A stretch of 64,000 nt of DNA from a bacterium (GTDB taxonomy: Bacteria; Cyanobacteriota; Vampirovibrionia; Gastranaerophilales; JBAXKC01), in contig JBAXKC010000002.1 of the NCBI GenBank assembly GCA_037137535.1, positions 64,001 through 128,000 on the forward strand. The letters are read 5' to 3'. Position 1 is the first letter of the stretch. Every line of letters begins with the position of its first letter. Shown piece after piece: positions 28,025 to 37,446 of the stretch. The position numbers and the translations under genes were made by a program. Below the pieces are notes generated by a model, which saw only the letters and a list, made by a program, of their open reading frames with translations, made no database searches and was not told where the DNA came from.

Positions 28025-28687
28025 TTATCTACTAAATTTTAAAGAACTTATAGCAGACTTAATATCGACTGCACAATACACATAAGAGCCTGCAACCAGA
28101 GCATTAGCACCCGCATCAACGCACAGTTTGCCCGTATGATTATTAATACCGCCATCAACTTCTATAATCAAATCATTTAAGTTTTGCTCAACAGCAAGTG
28201 ATTTAATAAAACTAATTTTATCTAAACTATCATTAATAAAAGATTGTCCGCCAAATCCTGGTTCAACTGACATAATTAAAACTAAATCTAATTCTTTAAT
28301 TAATGTACCAATTTCTTCTATATTAGTTTTAGGTTTAACAGAAAGACCAACTTTAACATTAAAACTCTTAATTAATTGAATAACCTCAGCAATATTTTCT
28401 TTACAGGCTTCATAATGAACAGTGATATAGTCTGCCCCTGCTGAAGCAAAATCTTCAATATAATTTTGTGGATGTTCAATCATCAAATGAACATCTAATG
28501 TCATATCAGTGATTTTTCTTAATGCTTTTACTACAGGAGCGCCAATTGTTATATTGGGAACAAAATGTCCGTCCATAACATCAACATGTACCCAATCTGC
28601 TCCAGCTAATTTAATTATATTAATATCTCTTTCAAGGTTTGCAAAATCAGCAGAAAGAATTGATGGCGCAACAATAATATTACTCAT
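28025..28687 (-). CDS. rpe: Ribulose-phosphate 3-epimerase
   Basis: APSILSADF, HVDVMDGHFVPNIT, MSVEPGFGGQ, EVDGG. Confidence 0.97.
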   Translation of the reverse strand: MSNIIVAPSILSADFANLERDINIIKLAGADWVHVDVMDGHFVPNITIGAPVVKALRKITDMTLDVHLMIEHPQNYIEDFASAGADYITVHYEACKENIAEVIQLIKSFNVKVGLSVKPKTNIEEIGTLIKELDLVLIMSVEPGFGGQSFINDSLDKISFIKSLAVEQNLNDLIIEVDGGINNHTGKLCVDAGANALVAGSYVYCAVDIKSAISSLKFSR

Positions 28688-29417
28688 TTTTTATTAGCTC
28701 TTCCGGCAATAGCCCTAAACTTATTACTCCCATTTTTGCAGCTTTTTGATGAGCCTCTTTTTTAGACTTACCTGTCCCAAATCCACAAACTTCATCATTA
28801 ATGACTACTTCAATTTCAAAAGTTCTGTTATGAGGTGGGCCCTCTTCTTTTACAACATTGTAAATTGGAAGATCAATAGCTTCAGCTTGTGTATACTCTT
28901 GAAGAATTGCTTTAAAGTTGTGCTTTGCAGCACTTTGATCGATTTCTGTAACTTCACTTTCAAGTAGATTTGTTAAACTTAGGTGTAATTCGTTGAACTT
29001 ACCATCTACATACAAAGCTCCAAGTAATGCTTCAAAAGCACAGGCTAAAGTAGATGCTCTGGTTCTTCCGCCTAATTTTTCTTCATGAAATCCAAGTCTG
29101 AGATATTTACCGAGATCAATACTATTTGCAATTTTTGTAAGTGTAACATCACTTATTAATATAGCTCTTATTTTTGTTAAATCGCCTTCCGTATAAGTCG
29201 GAAAGCGTTTTAACAAATAATCACTGGCAATAAGCTTTAGAACTGCATCACCTAAGAACTCAAGTCTTTCATTATTTATTAATGGACATAACTTATTTTC
29301 AAAGGTGTATGAACTATGAGTCAGAGAATTTTCAATCAGTTCATAATTATCACTATGCATACCAATTTTGGTAAGCAATTCATTGATTTTTTGGGTTTTA
29401 TTGCGGTTATCATTCAT
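28680..29417 (-). CDS. rnc: Ribonuclease III
   Basis: NERLEFLGDAVL, FEALLGALY, dsRBD; ATG at 29417 preferred. Confidence 0.96.
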   Translation of the reverse strand: MNDNRNKTQKINELLTKIGMHSDNYELIENSLTHSSYTFENKLCPLINNERLEFLGDAVLKLIASDYLLKRFPTYTEGDLTKIRAILISDVTLTKIANSIDLGKYLRLGFHEEKLGGRTRASTLACAFEALLGALYVDGKFNELHLSLTNLLESEVTEIDQSAAKHNFKAILQEYTQAEAIDLPIYNVVKEEGPPHNRTFEIEVVINDEVCGFGTGKSKKEAHQKAAKMGVISLGLLPEELIKNE

Positions 29418-29433
29418 ATTATAAACCTGATTA

Positions 29434-30294
29434 TTAAAAAATGTTAATAATTGCTGTCTTGCCAAGAACTATCATAGAAAAGTAATAAAAAGCTATAGCA
29501 CCGGTTATTACATAACTATCTGCTCTATCTAAAACACCACCATGCCCTGGGAATAAATTGCCTGAATCTTTGACACCTGCATCTCTTTTTATCATAGATT
29601 CACATAAATCTCCAAGTTGAGCAGAGGCAGTTAACAAAAGACCTGCAAAAAATGAATGAATTATATTTAAATTTATTATTGAACCAATCAATAATGCGCC
29701 GATTATGCCAGCAATTGTAGCAGCAGCAGCTCCTTCAATCGTTTTGTTAGGACTTATTGTAGGACAAAGTTTATGTTTACCAAAGTTTGTTCCAATATAA
29801 TAAGCCGCAATGTCAGAAACTGATATAACTACAAACAGAAGTAAAATATAGCCTAATCCATCTGAGAAGTGATGACCAAAAATATCAAAACCTTTTTCAT
29901 TCAGATTTCTGATAAATAATAGATGCAATGGCAACCATCCACCATAAAAGAAGCAAAGCATACTAACAGCCGAATCAGCAATTTTCCCATTTTGTCCTCT
30001 AAGCATAGTTAATACAAGAGATAAAATCCCAGACAAACTGAACAGTATAGGGATTAGGCTATATAATTTAAAGGATGCCGCTGCTAATAAAGCTAAATTA
30101 GATGTTAAGATTAATGGAGTGTTAAGATTAAAGCCTTTTAATCTGCAAAGCTTAATTAACTCTAATGTTCCTAAAACTATTAAAACAGATAAAAACAAAC
30201 TGAAAGCCAAACCACCATATGCAAACATAACAAGAGCAATAGCTAAAAATATTACGGCAACAGTTACTCTTATAAATTGAGCTGAAACTTTCAC
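29434..30294 (-). CDS. cdsA: Phosphatidate cytidylyltransferase
   Basis: SDIAAY, ISPNKT.EG, GDLCES.IKR..GVKDSG..PGHGGVLDR.DS. Confidence 0.95.
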   Translation of the reverse strand: MKVSAQFIRVTVAVIFLAIALVMFAYGGLAFSLFLSVLIVLGTLELIKLCRLKGFNLNTPLILTSNLALLAAASFKLYSLIPILFSLSGILSLVLTMLRGQNGKIADSAVSMLCFFYGGWLPLHLLFIRNLNEKGFDIFGHHFSDGLGYILLLFVVISVSDIAAYYIGTNFGKHKLCPTISPNKTIEGAAAATIAGIIGALLIGSIINLNIIHSFFAGLLLTASAQLGDLCESMIKRDAGVKDSGNLFPGHGGVLDRADSYVITGAIAFYYFSMIVLGKTAIINIF

Positions 30295-30854
30295 TAAACC
30301 GACATAACCTCTTTTTCTTTATCCATAACGATTGTATCAATTTCTTTTGTATATTTATCTGTGATTTTTTGAATTCTATCCTGTTCTTTTTTTACTTCAT
30401 CTTCAGGAAGATTTTCGTCTTTTTCAGCTTTTTTTAGAGCATCTGACATTTCACGTCTGATATTTCTAACAGCAACTTTATTTTCTTCCCCAATTTTTTT
30501 AACTTGTTTAACAAGTTCTTTTCTTCTGTCTTCAGTTAAAGGCGGGAAAGTAATTCTAATATTTGCACCGTCATTATTAGGTGTTACGCCCAAATCAGAC
30601 TTTAAAATAGCTTTTTCAATATCTTTAATAATAGTTTTATCGTATGGCTGAATGAAAAGAGTTGTTCCATCCTGAACAGATACGTTAGCAGCCTGCCTGA
30701 TAGGTGTAGCTGAACCATAATAGTCAATAGATAGTCTGTCTAATACAACCGGATTTGCTCTGCCTGTTCTTATTGACAGAAATTCTCTTTTTGTTTCTGC
30801 AATAGTTTTTTGCATTTTAGCATCGCCACTTTTGATAATTTCTTCTATTGGCAT
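30294..30854 (-). CDS. frr: Ribosome recycling factor
   Basis: [27 protein letters not shown]. Confidence 0.97.
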   Translation of the reverse strand: MPIEEIIKSGDAKMQKTIAETKREFLSIRTGRANPVVLDRLSIDYYGSATPIRQAANVSVQDGTTLFIQPYDKTIIKDIEKAILKSDLGVTPNNDGANIRITFPPLTEDRRKELVKQVKKIGEENKVAVRNIRREMSDALKKAEKDENLPEDEVKKEQDRIQKITDKYTKEIDTIVMDKEKEVMSV

Positions 30855-31594
30855 TTTTCTGTTTCTCCTATTAAAGTACCAATCTTTTCACCTGTTACAA
30901 TTTTCTCAATACTTTGTTCACTTTGTGAGTTAAACACAATAATTGGAATACTACTATTTTTACATAAAGAAATTGCTGATGTATCAATAATCTTCAGATC
31001 TTTTACAATGAAATCATCATAAGTAAGATGGTCAAATTTAACTGCATCATCAAATTTTCTTGGATCTTTTGAATAAACGCCATCAACTTTATTTTTAGCC
31101 ATAAGCATAACTTCTGCATTAATTTCAGCAGCTCTAAGTGCAGCAGCGGTATCAGTAGTAAAGAAAGGATTTCCTGTTCCTGCCGCAAATATAACAACTC
31201 TGCCTTTTTCTAAATGTCTGATTGCTTTAAATCTTGTATATGATTCTGTTATTTCATTCATTGAAATAGCTGTTTGTACCCTAGTAGAAACATTGTTTTT
31301 TCTAAGCATACTTTGTAGAACCATAGCATTCATTACGGTAGCAAGCATACCGACATAGTCAGCTGAAGCTTGTTCCATTCCAAGCTTAGCACTATTTTGG
31401 ACGCCTCTGAAAATATTACCGCCACCCACAACGATAGCCACTTCAACGCCAAGGTCGTGCACTCTTTTAATTTCAAGAGCAACATTATTTATAACCTCTG
31501 GGTCAATACCAAAACCCAGATTGCCCATTAGAGCTTCACCACTAACTTTTATTAAAACTCTTTTATAAGCTAATTTGGTTTTATCTTCGCTCAT
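30845..31594 (-). CDS. pyrH: UMP kinase
   Basis: [34 protein letters not shown]. Confidence 0.97.
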   Translation of the reverse strand: MSEDKTKLAYKRVLIKVSGEALMGNLGFGIDPEVINNVALEIKRVHDLGVEVAIVVGGGNIFRGVQNSAKLGMEQASADYVGMLATVMNAMVLQSMLRKNNVSTRVQTAISMNEITESYTRFKAIRHLEKGRVVIFAAGTGNPFFTTDTAAALRAAEINAEVMLMAKNKVDGVYSKDPRKFDDAVKFDHLTYDDFIVKDLKIIDTSAISLCKNSSIPIIVFNSQSEQSIEKIVTGEKIGTLIGETEKCQ

Positions 31595-31799
31595 ATATAC
31601 ATTTTCCTATTAGCCGTATTTTTACAAAACTTGTTACTATTTTACCCGAAACATAATATTTTTTACCACTATAAAAAAATAACTGCAATATTATTATTTA
31701 TGAGAGATAAGATATTATTATATAAATCTTATCATTTATTAGTTTTTTTAGTTGATTTTAAGACAATTAGATAAGATTTAATAAGTTTTTAAAAAATAG

Positions 31800-31828
31800 T
31801 TGCAAAATATTTATTAATTGATTAGAAT
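31800..31828 (+). promoter_or_regulatory. Sigma70-type promoter of arg leader and operon
   Basis: TTGCAA-17 nt-TAGAAT. Confidence 0.75.
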
Positions 31829-31855
31829 TTAAAGAAAAGAAAAATTCAGGATCAA

Positions 31856-31924
31856 ATGAAATATTTAATTAAAAATAACAATCGACGCCAATTACGTAAA
31901 GACTCATCAGGAGGCTTATGTTAG
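31856..31924 (+). CDS. Putative arg operon attenuator leader peptide (22 aa, MKYLIKNNNRRQLRKDSSGGLC)
   Basis: AGGA 4 nt before ATG; Arg codons CGA-CGC at 31883-31888 and CGT at 31895-31897; overlaps antiterminator arm. Confidence 0.75.
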   Translation: MKYLIKNNNRRQLRKDSSGGLC

Positions 31925-31972
31925 GCTGTGTTTGTTATTTTGCCGATACATATATAAAGTTTTTAAACTTTT

Positions 31973-32002
31973 TACCTCCTGTATTTCAGGGGGTATTTTT
32001 TT
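31973..32002 (+). terminator. Attenuator terminator upstream of argC
   Basis: TACCTCCTG-tattt-CAGGGGGTA-TTTTTTT; 5' arm CCTCCTG is alternatively complementary to CAGGAGG at 31908-31914. Confidence 0.85.
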
Positions 32003-32046
32003 GTGTCAATTAAGAATTTTTTATTAAAAATAGGAATAAATAAATT

Positions 32047-33087
32047 ATGTTAACAGTTGGAATAATCGGTGCGACAGGCTATGCAGGAAGTGAACTTGTA
32101 AGAATTTTAGTAAATCATAAAGAAGTAGATAAAATACATTTGGTCTCAAAATCCTATGAAGGTAAGTCATTTAGTGATATTTACGGAAGTTTTAATAAAA
32201 TTGTAGATTTTAATTGCCAAAACAGCTCATTAAAAGAACTTTCAGAAATATGTGATGTTGTTTTTCTAGCAATGCCACATGGAATTGCAGCCGAAATTAT
32301 TACGGACGAAATTATCACAAACACAAAGATTATTGATTTAGGTGCTGATTTCAGAATTGATTGTATCGATACTTATGAAAAATGGTACGAAATTAAGCAT
32401 AAAGCAGAAAACCTAATTAATAAAGCAATTTATGGTCTTTGTGAATTAAACGCTGCTAAAATAAAAGATTATTCATTAGTTGCAAACCCTGGTTGTTACA
32501 CGACTTGTAGTATTCTGTCATTAGCACCTGCCTTAAAATACAAACTGATAAACACTGAAAACATTATCATAGATGCAAAATCAGGAGTTTCAGGAGCAGG
32601 AAGAAGTTTGAATACAGGTACATTATATTGCGAATCTAATGAAAACCTAAAATCCTATAAAGTTGCTTCTCACAGACATACACCCGAAATTGAGCAAGAA
32701 TTGTCAAAAATTAGCGGGGAAAACATATGTTTAACGTTTACTCCTCATTTAGTACCCATGCAACGAGGAATTTTAACAACCTCCTACACAAAACTTAAAA
32801 ATAATAATTCATATCAAGAAATTTATGATGCCTACAAAGAATTTTATCAAGATAACTATTTTATTCGAGTATTAGAAAATGGAAAAATACCGGAAACCCG
32901 ATGGGTAAAGAACTCTAACTTTTGTGACATAGGACTAGTATTAGATAAAAGAACTCAAACATTAATCATAATTGGTGCAATTGATAATTTAATCAAAGGA
33001 GCTTCTGGGCAAGCAGTTCAAAATATGAATATATTGTTTGGATTTGATGAAAAGACAGGATTAGATTTAGTCCCAAGCTTTATTTAA
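32047..33087 (+). CDS. argC: N-acetyl-gamma-glutamyl-phosphate reductase
   Basis: GATGYAG, ANPGCY, HRHTPEIEQ, IDNLIKGASGQAVQNMN. Confidence 0.97.
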   Translation: MLTVGIIGATGYAGSELVRILVNHKEVDKIHLVSKSYEGKSFSDIYGSFNKIVDFNCQNSSLKELSEICDVVFLAMPHGIAAEIITDEIITNTKIIDLGADFRIDCIDTYEKWYEIKHKAENLINKAIYGLCELNAAKIKDYSLVANPGCYTTCSILSLAPALKYKLINTENIIIDAKSGVSGAGRSLNTGTLYCESNENLKSYKVASHRHTPEIEQELSKISGENICLTFTPHLVPMQRGILTTSYTKLKNNNSYQEIYDAYKEFYQDNYFIRVLENGKIPETRWVKNSNFCDIGLVLDKRTQTLIIIGAIDNLIKGASGQAVQNMNILFGFDEKTGLDLVPSFI

Positions 33088-33099
33088 TTGGAGATTATA

Positions 33100-34320
33100 A
33101 TGAAAATAATTAACGGCACTATAAATTCACCTAAAGGCTTTAAATCAGCAGGGAATTTTATAGGTATAAAAAAACAAAAAAAAGATTTAGCTATAATTTA
33201 TTCTGAAGTTGATGCAGTAACAGCAGGTGTTTTAACGCTAAATAAAGTAAAAGCCGCTTGCGTAGTCAGAAACCAAGAAATTTTAAACAGTATTGATAAA
33301 ATCAGAGCAATTGTAATAAATAGCGGTAATGCTAATGCTTGCACAGGTGAAGAAGGCAAACAAAATAATGTGATAATGGCTCAAACATTAGCCAAAAGTC
33401 TTGATATTGAAGCTGATAAAGTAATTACTGCTTCAACAGGTGTTATCGGGGTACAATTAGACACAAATATTATAGTGGAAGGAATAAAACAATCTGCTAA
33501 ATTACTTGATATTAACCAACAAGCAGGATTGGATGCCGCTGAAGCAATAATGACGACTGATACTTTTACTAAAAACATTTGCGTACAAATAGAAATTGAT
33601 AAAAAGTTAGTAACTTTAAGTGGTATAGCAAAAGGATCTGGAATGATACATCCAAATATGGCCACTATGCTTGGTTTTATAACAACAGATGCTAAAGTTT
33701 CACAATCAACATTAAATAATTTATTAAAAGAAATTGTTGACGATACCTACAATATGATTTCAGTTGATGGCGATACCAGCACAAATGATATGGTTATTGT
33801 TATGGCAAATGGAGCAAGTGAATGTTCTGAAATAACTGAAAATCATTCACAATTTAATAAATTTAAAGAAGCATTTTATTATGTAAATGAATTTTTAGCT
33901 AAACAGATAATTTCTGATGGCGAAGGTGCCACAAAATTTTTAGAAGTATCAATTAGTGGAGCTAATTCAAAAGATAATGCTAAAAAACTTGCTAAATCAA
34001 TTATTTCTTCAAGTTTAGTAAAAGCGGCATTTTTCGGTTGTGATGCAAACTGGGGAAGAATACTCGCTGCAATGGGATATTCTGAAGCTGATTTCAACCC
34101 ACAAAGCGTAAATATATCTTTTAAAAGTGAAGCAGGCTTAATTGATCTAATGAAAAACGGAGTACCGATAAGTTTTGATGAAGAAATAGCTTTAAAAATT
34201 CTAAAGCCTAAACATATTAATATTTTAATTTCCTTATCAGATGGAAACCATAAAGCAAAAGCGTGGGGCTGTGACTTAAGCTATGAATACGTAAAAATCA
34301 ATGGTGAATACAGATCATAA
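33100..34320 (+). CDS. argJ: Ornithine acetyltransferase
   Basis: NSGNANACTG, AIMTTDT, KGSGMIHPNMATML, DGDTSTND. Confidence 0.97.
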   Translation: MKIINGTINSPKGFKSAGNFIGIKKQKKDLAIIYSEVDAVTAGVLTLNKVKAACVVRNQEILNSIDKIRAIVINSGNANACTGEEGKQNNVIMAQTLAKSLDIEADKVITASTGVIGVQLDTNIIVEGIKQSAKLLDINQQAGLDAAEAIMTTDTFTKNICVQIEIDKKLVTLSGIAKGSGMIHPNMATMLGFITTDAKVSQSTLNNLLKEIVDDTYNMISVDGDTSTNDMVIVMANGASECSEITENHSQFNKFKEAFYYVNEFLAKQIISDGEGATKFLEVSISGANSKDNAKKLAKSIISSSLVKAAFFGCDANWGRILAAMGYSEADFNPQSVNISFKSEAGLIDLMKNGVPISFDEEIALKILKPKHINILISLSDGNHKAKAWGCDLSYEYVKINGEYRS

Positions 34321-34334
34321 ATAAAGGCAGAAAA

Positions 34335-35195
34335 ATGCATAAATACATTGAAAAAGCTAAAATATTAATCGAATCATTGCCATACATAAAGAAATTCAAT
34401 GGTAAAACAGTTGTAATTAAGTATGGCGGAAGTGCAATGCTTAATGAAAATCTTAAAAAAGCTGTTATGCAAGATATTGCACTGATGAAACTGGTTGGAA
34501 TAAGACCTGTAATTGTACATGGAGGTGGTCCTGAAATAAATTCACTCTTAGAGAAAATCGGTAAAAAAGCTGAATTCATAGATGGATTAAGAGTAACAGA
34601 CGACGAAACAATGGAATGCGTCGAAATGGTTTTAGCAGGAAAAGTCAATAAATCAATAGTAAATCACCTTTTAAATATCGGCGGAAATGCTGTAGGAATA
34701 AGCGGAAAAGATGCAAATATTATTGAAGCGGAAAAAAAATTAGTAAACGGAAAAGATGTGGGATTAGTTGGTGAAGTGAAAAATGTTAATCCACAACTGA
34801 TAAACACGCTTATAGAAAGCGACTTTGTCCCTGTAATAGCTCCTGTCGGCAGAGATAAAATAGGCTTAACCTATAATATCAACGCTGATTATGCAGCTGA
34901 AGCCATAGCAGTTGCTCTAAATGCTGAGAAATTAGTATTTTTAACTGACGTAGAGGGAGTTTTAATGAATAAAAATGACTCTTCTTCTCTAATTTCTTCC
35001 TTAAAAGTAAATACCTCTGAAAAATTGATTGAGGCAAAAATTATTCAAGGCGGAATGATACCAAAAATTGAGTGTTGCAACAGAGCCGTTAAAAATGGTG
35101 TTAAAACAGTTCACATTCTTGACGGAAGAGTTGAACACAGTCTTTTACTGGAAATTTTTACGGAAGCAGGCATTGGGACAATGATAGAGGAATAA
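34335..35195 (+). CDS. argB: Acetylglutamate kinase
   Basis: VIKYGGSAM, VHGGGPEI, NINAD, GGMIPK. Confidence 0.97.
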   Translation: MHKYIEKAKILIESLPYIKKFNGKTVVIKYGGSAMLNENLKKAVMQDIALMKLVGIRPVIVHGGGPEINSLLEKIGKKAEFIDGLRVTDDETMECVEMVLAGKVNKSIVNHLLNIGGNAVGISGKDANIIEAEKKLVNGKDVGLVGEVKNVNPQLINTLIESDFVPVIAPVGRDKIGLTYNINADYAAEAIAVALNAEKLVFLTDVEGVLMNKNDSSSLISSLKVNTSEKLIEAKIIQGGMIPKIECCNRAVKNGVKTVHILDGRVEHSLLLEIFTEAGIGTMIEE

Positions 35196-35197
35196 TT

Positions 35198-36376
35198 ATG
35201 CAAAATCTTATTGAAAAAAGTAAAAAATATAAAATGAATACTTATGCCTCGTTTGATATTGTACTGGAAAGTGGTAATGGAAGTACATTAAAAGACATTA
35301 ACGGCAAAGAATACCTTGATTTTGTATCAGGGATAGCTGTTAATAGTCTGGGATACGGTCAGACAGACATATTAAAAGCATTAGTAGGACAAGCTTGCAT
35401 GCTTACGCACTGCTCAAATCTATATTTAAACTTAAATGAAATTGAGCTTGCGGAAAAACTTGTTGAAAATTCTTGTTTTGACAAAGTCTTTTTCTGTAAC
35501 AGCGGTACAGAATCTGTTGAAGCCGCTATAAAATTAGCAAAAAAATATGGTAAAACACAAAAAAATATAGATACACCTGAAATTATAAGTATGAAACAAT
35601 CTTTTCATGGAAGAACACTTGGTGCTCTAACTGCAACAGGGCAAGATAAATATCAATCAAGTTTTACTCCTTTGTTAAGTGGCTTTAATTATGCAGAATT
35701 TAATAATATTGAATCAGTTAAATCAATAATAAATGAAAAAACATGCGCTGTCATAATTGAAATTATTCAAGGTGAAGGCGGGATTTTACCAGCTACAACT
35801 GATTTTATTAAAGAACTAAGAGAAATTACGCAAGATAAACATATTTTATTAATAATAGACGAAGTTCAAACAGGAATTGGCAGAACAGGCAAACTTTTTG
35901 CTCATCAGCATTACGGAATAGAACCGGATATTATGACTTTAGCTAAAGGCTTAGGTGGTGGAGTTCCAATAGGTGCAATGCTTGCGAAAGATTTTGTCGC
36001 TAATTCTTTTATAGCAGGCGATCATGCTTCAACATTCGGTGGAAATCCTCTTGCTTGTGGAGCAGCCATTGCTGTACTAGATAAAATATTATCCGATTGT
36101 TTCTTCGATGAAGTTAAAGCAAAAGGTCATTATCTTAAAGAGCGATTATTAGAATTAAATATCGAAAATACGGAAGTTCGAGGAATGGGACTAATGTTTG
36201 GAATGGAGTTTTCTTTTCCAGTCAAACCAATTATAGAAAAATGCATAGAAAACGGATTATTATTGATAGGAGCAGGTGCCAACGTTATAAGGTTTGTACC
36301 TCCTCTGATAATAGAGTTTGAAGAGATTGATAAAGCAGTAGATATACTGCAATCTGCACTTTTGGAGATTAAATAA
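35198..36376 (+). CDS. argD: Acetylornithine aminotransferase
   Basis: FHGRTLG, IQGEGG, DEVQTG.GRTG, LAKGLGGG. Confidence 0.95.
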   Translation: MQNLIEKSKKYKMNTYASFDIVLESGNGSTLKDINGKEYLDFVSGIAVNSLGYGQTDILKALVGQACMLTHCSNLYLNLNEIELAEKLVENSCFDKVFFCNSGTESVEAAIKLAKKYGKTQKNIDTPEIISMKQSFHGRTLGALTATGQDKYQSSFTPLLSGFNYAEFNNIESVKSIINEKTCAVIIEIIQGEGGILPATTDFIKELREITQDKHILLIIDEVQTGIGRTGKLFAHQHYGIEPDIMTLAKGLGGGVPIGAMLAKDFVANSFIAGDHASTFGGNPLACGAAIAVLDKILSDCFFDEVKAKGHYLKERLLELNIENTEVRGMGLMFGMEFSFPVKPIIEKCIENGLLLIGAGANVIRFVPPLIIEFEEIDKAVDILQSALLEIK

Positions 36377-37446
36377 TGAAAGCAAATATATTACTAGAAG
36401 ATGGAACAGTTCTTCAAGGTAAATTTTTTGGAAAAGTGGGAACAGCATTCGGAGAAATCGTTTTTAATACAGGAATGACGGGCTATCAAGAAGTATTAAC
36501 TGATCCTTCTTATGCTGGACAAATTGTTGTAATGACATATCCGTTAATTGGAAGTTATGGCACAAATAATAATGATATTGAATCAAAAAGTCCTAAAGTA
36601 AACGGTTTCATAGTAAAAGAATACGTAAATGACTGCTCTAACAGGAAATCAGATCAAAACTTATCAGATTATCTTGAACAAAATAATATTGTAGCTGTAT
36701 ATGACCTAGACACAAGAATGTTAACCAAAAAAATCAGAAATCAAGGTGCGATGAAGTGCTTAATAACAAATGAAACCCTGAGTGATTGGCACACAATCTC
36801 ACTTCAAAATTATAGCTTTCCATCTGATGTAGTAAGTCAGGTTTCGCAAAAAGAAGTTACGAACATCAGCGGAACAGGCAAAAAAATAGCTTTAATTGAC
36901 CTTGGTATAAAGAATGGAATAATTGAAAACTTTAAAAGATTAAACTGCGATATAACAGTTTATCCACATGATGTTACTGCGGATACTATTTTAAATAATG
37001 ATTATGGTGCAGTATTCTTTTCAAATGGCCCTGGAGACCCAAAAGAAGCTAAAGAAGCGATAACAGCGGCAAAGCTCTTAATAGGAAAAATCCCTGTTTT
37101 TGCAATTTGTTTAGGTCAACAAATTTTGGCTTTAGCATTAGGTGCAGATACTTACAAGATGAAATTCGGACATAGAGGGGCTAATCATCCAGTTATTGAT
37201 GTAAGAACAAATAGAGTAATGATTACTTCTCAAAATCATGGTTATGCCGTTAAAGGTGAAACCTTACCAGATAACATAAAAATTACTCACATAAATGTAA
37301 ATGACGAAACAATTGAAGGTTTTTATTCGACCGAGTTGAATATTCATTCCGTTCAATTCCACCCTGAAGCTGGCCCTGGACCAGATGATGCCTGTTATAT
37401 ATTTGACGATTGGATGAAATTACTGGAGATTGAACAAAATGCCTAA
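36376..37446 (+). CDS. carA: Carbamoyl-phosphate synthase small subunit
   Basis: [33 protein letters not shown]. Confidence 0.97.
   Translation: MKANILLEDGTVLQGKFFGKVGTAFGEIVFNTGMTGYQEVLTDPSYAGQIVVMTYPLIGSYGTNNNDIESKSPKVNGFIVKEYVNDCSNRKSDQNLSDYLEQNNIVAVYDLDTRMLTKKIRNQGAMKCLITNETLSDWHTISLQNYSFPSDVVSQVSQKEVTNISGTGKKIALIDLGIKNGIIENFKRLNCDITVYPHDVTADTILNNDYGAVFFSNGPGDPKEAKEAITAAKLLIGKIPVFAICLGQQILALALGADTYKMKFGHRGANHPVIDVRTNRVMITSQNHGYAVKGETLPDNIKITHINVNDETIEGFYSTELNIHSVQFHPEAGPGPDDACYIFDDWMKLLEIEQNA

Noticed and set aside
31830-32046. T-box riboswitch as the explanation of the arg leader
   Set aside because: No AAnnnGGGTGGnACC T-box sequence or stem I motifs; the uORF and antiterminator pairing explain the layout better.
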